In this document: positions 26,449-33,571 of the stretch, in pieces
Layout: each line of letters starts with the position of its first letter
How positions within the stretch are numbered: position 1 is the stretch's first letter
Virus record (IMG/VR): IMGVR_UViG_3300049564_000015
Location: 1-42,789 of that record
DNA length: 42,789 bases
Direction: 5' to 3' (one strand)
DNA from: a virus
Taxonomy: Duplodnaviria > Caudoviricetes
Program-made: the position numbers and the translations under genes
Notes under the pieces: generated by a model
Databases searched by the model: none
Seen by the model: only the letters and a program-made list of their open reading frames with translations
What the model was told of the DNA's origin: nothing

Positions 26449-26619
26449 ATGCCTGAGACGATGGTGGAGCGCGTGGCGCGTGCGATCTATGAAGCCCGCC
26501 CGGAGACGAACGCCGGGGAGCCGATCCCGTGGTCGGACATAGCCGAGGAAACGCCCGTATGGTCCCTCACCTATCGCCGCGCGCAGGCCGCTATCTTGGC
26601 GATGCGAGAGTGGCCATGA
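26449..26619 (+). CDS. Hypothetical protein, 56 aa
   Basis: GAGGTG RBS; MVERVARAIYE...AQAAILAMRE. Confidence 0.7.
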   Translation: MPETMVERVARAIYEARPETNAGEPIPWSDIAEETPVWSLTYRRAQAAILAMREWP

Positions 26620-26885
26620 GCATCGACGATCTCCGCCAGGAGACCTACCTGGGTGACGGAGTGTATGCCCGCTTCGACGGGTATCACGTCTGGCTCCGCA
26701 CGCCGCGCGAGATCGGTGATCACGAGATCGCCCTGGAACCGGGCGTCGTAGCGCGCCTCGCGACGTTCATCGCCGACCTGCGCGTGCAGTTTCCAGGCGA
26801 GACGGTGCCGGCATGGGAATACCTAAAGGCCGCCGTGAAGCGTGCTACCGGCGAGGCCGATATTCCGTCCGAAAACGAAACTTAG
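26616..26885 (+). CDS. Hypothetical protein
   Basis: ATGA overlap; YLGDGVYARFDG..VWL...IALEP. Confidence 0.7.
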   Translation: MSIDDLRQETYLGDGVYARFDGYHVWLRTPREIGDHEIALEPGVVARLATFIADLRVQFPGETVPAWEYLKAAVKRATGEADIPSENET

Positions 26886-26976
26886 TGGCCGGAACGACGG
26901 AGACGTGTGACACGACTGAATCACGACTGAATCCGCTTACCACGCCATATGCAGCCTCGCCACATTGGGACCAAAC

Positions 26977-27069
26977 ATGAACGAAATCAGCGCCATGCCC
27001 CTGCTCCTCGCCGGCCTCGGCACGCTGATCGCGATGGTGGCGCTGCTGGTCGCCGCCTGGCGCCGGTAG
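26977..27069 (+). CDS. 30-aa hydrophobic membrane peptide
   Basis: MNEISAMPLLLAGLGTLIAMVALLVAAWRR; GGGA RBS. Confidence 0.55.
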   Translation: MNEISAMPLLLAGLGTLIAMVALLVAAWRR

Positions 27070-27071
27070 CC

Positions 27072-27107
27072 AAAGAAAAGGCCCCGCACATGGGGGCGGC
27101 GGGGCCT
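27072..27107 (-). terminator. Rho-independent terminator at the convergence point
   Basis: AGGCCCCGC/GCGGGGCCT stem followed on the minus strand by TTTCTTT. Confidence 0.7.
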
Positions 27108-27152
27108 AGGTTTGGTTCGTACGGAGTATCGAAGTGCTTGCAGCCTAGCACA

Positions 27153-27356
27153 TCACTGGCGCTGCTGCAGACAAGAATCGAGGATGCGCGTCAGCATAGC
27201 ATTCCTGGCCTCGGTATTGTGCCCAAAGACGTAGCTGGCAACACCAAGGAATATCACGTTCAAGAGGCACAAAAGTAAGAAAGCAGGAGGCAGCACCCTA
27301 ATCAGCTTCTCGCTGACCGACGCAATCAGGCCATGCGTGGTGGTCGGCTCGCTCAT
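27153..27356 (-). CDS. Single-TM protein, holin candidate
   Basis: LPPAFLLLCLLNVIFLGVASYVF; last gene of the operon. Confidence 0.55.
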   Translation of the reverse strand: MSEPTTTHGLIASVSEKLIRVLPPAFLLLCLLNVIFLGVASYVFGHNTEARNAMLTRILDSCLQQRQ

Positions 27357-27589
27357 GCCGGCTTCTCCGCATCGAGGCCGGCCCAGACGTAGCCCACGCC
27401 CGGCGCGGTCAGCACCATCGCGGGGCCGAGCTGCTCGCGGAGCTGATGGACGTGCGAGCGCAGGCAATGGTGCGCGTGATGCCGGCGTCGCTCACCGGGC
27501 CACAGCGCGGCATTGAACTCGGCGAAGGTCACCACCTCGCCGACGTGCTCCATGAGTAGGCAGACGATGCGGGCTTTGACCCGGCCCAT
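27353..27589 (-). CDS. Stand-alone OmpR/PhoB-type winged-helix domain
   Basis: LLMEHVGEVVT....ALW....LRSHVHQLREQLG...LTAPGVGY. Confidence 0.8.
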   Translation of the reverse strand: MGRVKARIVCLLMEHVGEVVTFAEFNAALWPGERRRHHAHHCLRSHVHQLREQLGPAMVLTAPGVGYVWAGLDAEKPA

Positions 27590-29274
27590 CACGGCGTAAA
27601 CGACCACTTGCGATCGATATAGGTGTTGTCGTCGCTGTTCGTGGCGATCTGCCCGCGCAGCCACTCGTGGCAGTCCACCGCACCCTCGACGCCCAGCGAG
27701 GCTGCCATCGCCAGCGCCGAGAGTGTGTAGCTGGCATAGACCAGCGAGTCCCCCGCCGGCATGACATCAGGATCATCGTAAATCCCGATGCCGGGTTGCA
27801 TTTGCAGGTTGAGATCCCAAGACTCCTGCCAGCTCGTGACGCAGGGTGCGTCTGCGTTTGGTCGCAACGCCACATTGTACGGGCAGGGCTTTGCACGCAC
27901 CCATCCAGACTTTCCGTCCGTTCGCGCGATGCTGTTGGCCAATTTCCATTCGAGGATCGGCCGCCAGTCCGCGTATCCAATAGCCACGACATGACCGAGC
28001 ACCGCCGCTTCGTAGTCCTCCATCCATTGCTGCGACACGCACCCAGGCGGCATCGTGCTGGATGCGGGCGAGTTCTGCGTGTCCGCCATGTAGTGCAGCA
28101 CGGCGTAGGGCAACTCGGTGAACGGCGCCGCAGTCGGGTGCACATAGCGTGAAAGCATCCACTCGCGCTCGCCATCAAGCCACGACTGCCAATAGGCGCG
28201 TGACTGGACCCATGCCGGCGCATCGTCCGGTGTGACCCTGGCACAGTGTGCCAGTGTGCGCAGTGCCCATGCGTGCGCGCGGGTGGCAAAACCGATGCAA
28301 TAGCTGCCGCGCTGCTGCGGCCCCGATGCGAGCACGTTGTAAGTCGCTGCGAACTGCATTTCCTCGAGATAGTACGGGTCGCCGGTCAGCAGGAACGCGA
28401 CGTAGCAAAGATCAGGCTCATGTGCCGGATCGAGCGTGATCGGTGTGCCGCATGCCGGAATGTTGGCGGGGTAGTATAACGTGGCTTGTGGGTGCGCTTT
28501 GAAGTCATAGACTGCGCCGCCGGTCTCATTCCGGTAATGCCACGGCATGGTGCCGCTCGCTTCCGCTTGTGCGATCATCGAGTCGGGCGTGGCATCGCCG
28601 CGCAGATATTCCGCCTGCTGTTCGGTAACGACGCCGATATCGTCACGCTCGCCTGTGCTCGGCATATACGCGGTGAGCCCGGCGAGGCCCATGGGTGTGT
28701 ACGTCTTCGGCCCCGACAGCGGGCGCGTGGTGGCCAATGCCGTATCAAAGCGCGGCAACAGGCCGTCGAGCTGAAGCTGCGCGATGCTGCCGGTTATCGG
28801 ACGCGGCTCGGACTGCCAGCGCCAGCGCGAATACCAGTAGTGCTCGGGCACTTCAATCGCGGCGAGCACTTCGTCGTCGGCATAGATGGTCGCGGTGTAG
28901 GCGCCCATGTTGGCGGCAGCGGTGCCAACCGTGGTGTCGCCCAGCTCGAACACCACCTCGACGCGCGGGCTGTCTCGGTCGCAGCGGAATTGCACCACGA
29001 ACGCCGGCAGATCGACGTTGGTCACATCGACGCGCCGCTGGATGAACGCACCGCGCGCATCGGTCCAGTCGCGGCGATCGACCCCGTCGGCGGCGGCGAA
29101 GTGATAGATGATGCCGTCGTAGGTGATCCGCACAGCGAGGCCAGACGGCGACGGACCAGGGCCGGGATCAGGTCCGGGTCCGGGATCGGGCGGCTCTGGC
29201 GGCGCGGCTTCGAGCGCGGCAACGCGCGCCTCCAGGGCAGCGAACTCGGCGATCGTTGGGACGGTGGACGGCAT
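27589..29274 (-). CDS. 561-aa putative carbohydrate-active enzyme (helical toroid-like)
   Basis: ATG 29274 (TGATG); short coiled coil and PG/PD linker, then TGERDDIG, DPAHEP..YVAFLLTGDPYYLEEMQF, RAHAWALR, QWMEDY; the ORF is solid but function is tentative. Confidence 0.6.
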   Translation of the reverse strand: MPSTVPTIAEFAALEARVAALEAAPPEPPDPGPGPDPGPGPSPSGLAVRITYDGIIYHFAAADGVDRRDWTDARGAFIQRRVDVTNVDLPAFVVQFRCDRDSPRVEVVFELGDTTVGTAAANMGAYTATIYADDEVLAAIEVPEHYWYSRWRWQSEPRPITGSIAQLQLDGLLPRFDTALATTRPLSGPKTYTPMGLAGLTAYMPSTGERDDIGVVTEQQAEYLRGDATPDSMIAQAEASGTMPWHYRNETGGAVYDFKAHPQATLYYPANIPACGTPITLDPAHEPDLCYVAFLLTGDPYYLEEMQFAATYNVLASGPQQRGSYCIGFATRAHAWALRTLAHCARVTPDDAPAWVQSRAYWQSWLDGEREWMLSRYVHPTAAPFTELPYAVLHYMADTQNSPASSTMPPGCVSQQWMEDYEAAVLGHVVAIGYADWRPILEWKLANSIARTDGKSGWVRAKPCPYNVALRPNADAPCVTSWQESWDLNLQMQPGIGIYDDPDVMPAGDSLVYASYTLSALAMAASLGVEGAVDCHEWLRGQIATNSDDNTYIDRKWSFTP

Positions 29275-30749
29275 CAGTCGGCGGCCTCGGGTTGTCCGTT
29301 GCTGGGCAGTGGCCCCTGGTTCACATACGCACCCTTTCCATGACGGAACCCATCCCACTTGGGTGCAGAAACCTCGGCTGGTAGCCGCTGGTATTCCGTA
29401 TCGGCGAACAGGTCTTGCATTCTCGCTTCCTCCGGGTCATCGGCAGGCGGGAACGCGGTGAACAGCGGCGCGTCGTCGCGGCAACGCTGCATCGCCATCT
29501 CGGTGTAGGCCGGGTTGAGTTCTATGCCGATGGCGTCGCGTTGCAGGCGATCGGCGACCAGCAGCGTGGTGCCGGCTCCGGCGAAGGGATCGAGGACCAC
29601 GCAGGGCCGCGTCTCGGCGTTGCACGCGCATGCCGGTGACCAGCCGGTGGTCGTCACGTCGTAACCGTCGCCCATGCGTGTCACAGCCGCTCTAGCGCCC
29701 TTCCGCAACGTCGGATCGTCGCGCCTATCCTCATCCGTGCGCGGTAAGAATGTGCCATCTTCAGCGCGCTGCCGCGGGCGCGATTGGTCGCCCTTCCAGC
29801 AATCAGGCGCCGGCACATCAGCGCCCTTAATCAGCGGCGATAACGCTCGTTTGTCCACCACCCGCACCCACGCCTTCCCGCACTGGCTGCATGCGCCGCG
29901 CTCGCTGGTGCCCGCCAGGATGCAGCGCTCGGCCAACTGCGGCGGGTAGGTGGCGAAGTGGGCGGCGCTGAACGGCGATGTGGGGATCGTCCAGACGTTG
30001 CGTAGGTTGCGGCCGGCGGGGTTGTAGTCTCGGTGCGTGGTCGCAAAGCCCTTGCCGCCGGTCCAGCCCTGGTTCGGCGGCACGTTGTCAGGGTCACGAT
30101 GTACGGCCTTCGGGTTGGTATATACGCCGTTCAGCACGTTGTGGTCCTGATGCGGCTCACGCACCGCCTCGGCGTCGTAATAGTACCGTGCGCTGCGTGT
30201 GAGCAGGAACACGTGCTCATGGGCACTGGTTGGCCTGTCGGTGCATGACTCCGGCATGGGGTTGGGCTTGTGCCAGATGATGTCGGAGCGCACCCACCAG
30301 CCGTCGGCCTGCAGTGCGAGCGCCAGGCGCGCGGGCATCATCAGGAGGTCTTTGGGTTTGTAGCCGGATGGCACGCGTTTCTCTGCTCGCGGCGTCTCCC
30401 CGCGTTCGTCACGGTTTAGTGCGCGTGGTTTGCTATGCGGATCCCAACGATCGGCCGCCGCCGAAAGGCCGTTCTGTGGCCCCTGGACGCCGCTGCTCGC
30501 GTAACTATCCCCGATGTTTAGAAACAGCGTGCCGTCGCGCCTGAGCACCCTGCGCACCTCGCGGAACACGGCGACCATGGTGGCGAGGTATTCGTCGGGT
30601 GTGGGTTCGCTGCCTATCTCACCATGTTCCGCACCAACGCCGTATGACCTAAGCCCGTAGTACGGAGGACTGGTGACACAGCACTGCACGCTCTCGGCGG
30701 GCAGGGTTACGAGCACGTCGCGGCAGTCACCGGCGAGCAGTTGGATCAC
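29274..30749 (-). CDS. Beta-class N4-C/N6-A DNA methyltransferase with insertions
   Basis: CVTSPPY catalytic motif precedes VLDPFAGAGTT...GIELN. Confidence 0.92.
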   Translation of the reverse strand: MIQLLAGDCRDVLVTLPAESVQCCVTSPPYYGLRSYGVGAEHGEIGSEPTPDEYLATMVAVFREVRRVLRRDGTLFLNIGDSYASSGVQGPQNGLSAAADRWDPHSKPRALNRDERGETPRAEKRVPSGYKPKDLLMMPARLALALQADGWWVRSDIIWHKPNPMPESCTDRPTSAHEHVFLLTRSARYYYDAEAVREPHQDHNVLNGVYTNPKAVHRDPDNVPPNQGWTGGKGFATTHRDYNPAGRNLRNVWTIPTSPFSAAHFATYPPQLAERCILAGTSERGACSQCGKAWVRVVDKRALSPLIKGADVPAPDCWKGDQSRPRQRAEDGTFLPRTDEDRRDDPTLRKGARAAVTRMGDGYDVTTTGWSPACACNAETRPCVVLDPFAGAGTTLLVADRLQRDAIGIELNPAYTEMAMQRCRDDAPLFTAFPPADDPEEARMQDLFADTEYQRLPAEVSAPKWDGFRHGKGAYVNQGPLPSNGQPEAAD

Positions 30750-30811
30750 GTTGGGCTACTCTCCAAACGAACGATTGCAGACATCAGGCGATTCTGTCGG
30801 CGTTAGTGTCG

Positions 30812-30849
30812 GATTGTCATTGACAATCGACGCTGTTCTGACGCATCAT
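30812..30849 (+). promoter_or_regulatory. Promoter with inverted repeat over the -35, probably leaderless
   Basis: GATTGTCA-T-TGACAATC at 30812-30828; TTGACA-18-CATCAT; ATG 6 nt later. Confidence 0.6.
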
Positions 30850-30855
30850 CGCGTC

Positions 30856-30990
30856 ATGCCAAACGCACGTATCAACATCGTCGTAACGAAGCCTCAGCAG
30901 GCGTGGCTGGAGCGCGAGGCTGAGCGCCTTGGCGTCCGCATCGGCGAGGTCATCCGACGCATTCTGGATGCCGTGAGGGAAAGCAAGTGA
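30856..30990 (+). CDS. Ribbon-helix-helix (CopG-like) regulator
   Basis: MPNARINIVVTKPQQAWLEREAERLGVRIGEVIRRILD. Confidence 0.8.
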   Translation: MPNARINIVVTKPQQAWLEREAERLGVRIGEVIRRILDAVRESK

Positions 30991-31241
30991 GCGACCGCGC
31001 CTTCCACTGGACCGTTGGCAGCGTAACCGGCGCGGTGGTTGTCCTGTTCGTGGCCCTCATGGTGGCCATGGTGCTGAGCGAGCCAAAGCGCCGCGCCATC
31101 TATATGGCCGACTGCGAGGGTCGCGGGTTCACTGCCCCTCAATGCGTCTTGCTGTATCGGCAGAAGCAGGACGCCGACGCCGCCACATTCCTCGCCCTCA
31201 GCGCCGTCGCAACCTCAGCCGCTACAGCGGCACGCCGATAA
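30987..31241 (+). CDS. Membrane-anchored hypothetical protein
   Basis: N-terminal TM; C...G....QC pair. Confidence 0.7.
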   Translation: MSDRAFHWTVGSVTGAVVVLFVALMVAMVLSEPKRRAIYMADCEGRGFTAPQCVLLYRQKQDADAATFLALSAVATSAATAARR

Positions 31242-31255
31242 CCAAGGACACCGAC

Positions 31256-31507
31256 ATGGACGAGGAACTGAGGCAACAACTGCTTGAGATGGAAGCGCGA
31301 CTTGTCGGGCAGGTAAATCGCTCGACCGAGCGCATTCTCGACCGTCTGACGGCACTGGAGGGCGACGTGCGCAACCTGCGCAGCGAGCACAGCGTAACGC
31401 GCGACACAGTGCTGAAACTACCGGGCATCGTCCTCGGCGCGATCGAGGAGCCGCTGCTACGCCGCATCACGGCGATCGAAACCCGCGTTACCAAGTTAGA
31501 GCCATGA
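31256..31507 (+). CDS. Coiled-coil hypothetical protein
   Basis: AAGGA RBS; heptads ending IETRVTKLEP. Confidence 0.7.
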   Translation: MDEELRQQLLEMEARLVGQVNRSTERILDRLTALEGDVRNLRSEHSVTRDTVLKLPGIVLGAIEEPLLRRITAIETRVTKLEP

Positions 31508-31644
31508 GCGACGCCCCCGTTACCTTGGAGTTCCTAGCGCGCCAGATGGCGCTGCTGCTGGATGAGATAGCCACATTCCGCGACGATCTGAAGAAGCTGA
31601 CCACCCACCTGGAACGCCGCGTCGAGAAACTGGAGGGGTTGTGA
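31504..31644 (+). CDS. Coiled-coil hypothetical protein, 46 aa
   Basis: ATGA overlap; ends LERRVEKLEGL. Confidence 0.6.
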   Translation: MSDAPVTLEFLARQMALLLDEIATFRDDLKKLTTHLERRVEKLEGL

Positions 31645-31718
31645 TGCTACCTATGATCGGGTTTTTTCTACTCGTATTCTTCGCGGGATGCTTGGCGTAT
31701 TGGGGCTGGCTCGACTAA
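31644..31718 (+). CDS. 24-aa hydrophobic peptide
   Basis: GGAGGGG RBS, TGATG overlap; MLPMIGFFLLVFFAGCLAYWGWLD. Confidence 0.55.
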   Translation: MLPMIGFFLLVFFAGCLAYWGWLD

Positions 31719-33571
31719 GGAGTCTCTTGCCCCGGCGGCGTACGTAGCGGCTCGGAAGGATGCAGCATCTGATTCATCCGCTGCATGTCGAGCGTCATAG
31801 TGCGCCGTTCAGCCAGCGTCTTGCCGACGTTCTTCAGCACGCCGAGCGCGATGTTGCCACCCGGCCCAAACAGGTGCCCGGCAACCATATGCAGCGCTCC
31901 CTCGCCGCCCAGCTTCCCGTATGCCTTCATGGCGTCGATGATGTTCGGCATCGTGTCGGAGCCGGCCGCCCGCGCCAGATCCATCGCACTGGCTGAACGG
32001 CGCAGGCTATCGCGGATATTCCACAGACGCATCATGTTGTCATCCGAGATCGCCTTATAAGGGTTGAGGTCGAACGACGGCGTGGACCGACTATCCACAA
32101 CGTTCTTCATGAACCGCTGGAAGTCGCTGTATTGCAGCGTCTGGCCGGGGCCGCGCAGCTTGTCCGTGGCGCCTTGCAATACATTCATCTCATCGATCGC
32201 CCGCGAGTGATCCTTGTACCTGTCCAGCATGGCCTGATAGCCAGGGGCCACGTCCTCGATCTGTTTGTCCACGACGCCAGAGACTTCGTTCAGATCGTGG
32301 GCAACCGCGTGCAGATTGCGATCATCAGCTTTCGCCCGCGCGCTGGTCATCGAGTCAATATCCCGGCGCAGGCTCCACGCCTCCACTGGATCAGTGATGT
32401 TCGCCGATTTGATGCGCTCCAGCAATGGGCGATAGACCGCCTGCAGTGCCGAGTTCTGCCGGTTCATCGGCTGGTTGAGCACGTCCTCCATGTGGCTGAT
32501 GACGGGTTGAAGATCGACCGGCCCGGTGACGTTCGTAGGCGCGAACACCGCGGCCTTGTCAGCGTTGATGTCAGCCTCTCTCGCCACACCCCGGTTATAG
32601 ATATCTACCGGGCCTTTCGCGGTGTTGTTCAGGTAGGTCACCCGCGCAGTGTTATTGCTGGCTGCGGCTTCCTTGGCGGCCTGCGATGCCTCTGGCGTGC
32701 GGATACCGAGCTGCTTCAGATCCCTGGCCACCGCGACGGACTGCTCTTGTTCAGCCAAATTGGCATTTTCGCCGGGAATGTAGAGGTTGCGGTCAGGCTC
32801 GCCGATGACTTGCGGCTCAAGCAGTTTCTGGCCTTCAGCGTTGGTGCGATATACGGCCTCCTCTGCTGGCGTATGGATTGCCTCATAGCCTGGCGTGATC
32901 TGAGCGCCGGCCGGCCGCGCTGTGACGCCCACTTCCGGTGTTGGCGGGGGCGCAATACCAGTCGGCGACGCGGGTCCACCAGGCTCGACCGGCGGCCGTG
33001 CCGCCAGTTCCGGTGTGAGTGGTGCGGCATTGAACTCCGGCGACAACTTCGCACGCGGGTTGAACGTTCCTGGCGGCACGAAAATAGGTGCGCCGAACCG
33101 CATCGGCTGCGCTCCAAGGCTACCCGCCTGCAGCGCCTCCGGCGTCACCCCTAGGCGACCAGTCCCCGGATCGATGGTCACCGCGTTGTCGGGGTTGTCA
33201 CCGAAGAGCGTCGGCGTCTGGGTCATGCCGAGCAGCATATTGAGCGGCGTCTGGAGCAGCCCGGCCCCGAGATGCACGCCAGTTGCGATGGCCTGACGCC
33301 CGAACCTCTCGGGTTCACTCGCACCAGGTGGCGGCGCCAGTCCGTGAATGGCTCTCAGGTCTAGCTCGCGGATCTTGTCGCGCAACGCCGTCACTGAGAA
33401 CGGCGGCGTCGGCGTCTGTGATTGCGGGATGTCCGCGGCCAGCGCATCGGGAGATGCCAACACGTCGGATAGCGACTGAGGGGGCTGCGTCTGCTGGGTC
33501 GGTGTCTGCGTCACGACATCCCAAGCGCCCGCCGCCGGCTTGGTGTCTATGACATCCCATTCGCCAGCCAT
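31715..33571 (-). CDS. Internal virion/ejection protein
   Basis: 618 aa, helical C-half; third of three genes in the ejection-protein position. Confidence 0.65.
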   Translation of the reverse strand: MAGEWDVIDTKPAAGAWDVVTQTPTQQTQPPQSLSDVLASPDALAADIPQSQTPTPPFSVTALRDKIRELDLRAIHGLAPPPGASEPERFGRQAIATGVHLGAGLLQTPLNMLLGMTQTPTLFGDNPDNAVTIDPGTGRLGVTPEALQAGSLGAQPMRFGAPIFVPPGTFNPRAKLSPEFNAAPLTPELAARPPVEPGGPASPTGIAPPPTPEVGVTARPAGAQITPGYEAIHTPAEEAVYRTNAEGQKLLEPQVIGEPDRNLYIPGENANLAEQEQSVAVARDLKQLGIRTPEASQAAKEAAASNNTARVTYLNNTAKGPVDIYNRGVAREADINADKAAVFAPTNVTGPVDLQPVISHMEDVLNQPMNRQNSALQAVYRPLLERIKSANITDPVEAWSLRRDIDSMTSARAKADDRNLHAVAHDLNEVSGVVDKQIEDVAPGYQAMLDRYKDHSRAIDEMNVLQGATDKLRGPGQTLQYSDFQRFMKNVVDSRSTPSFDLNPYKAISDDNMMRLWNIRDSLRRSASAMDLARAAGSDTMPNIIDAMKAYGKLGGEGALHMVAGHLFGPGGNIALGVLKNVGKTLAERRTMTLDMQRMNQMLHPSEPLRTPPGQETP

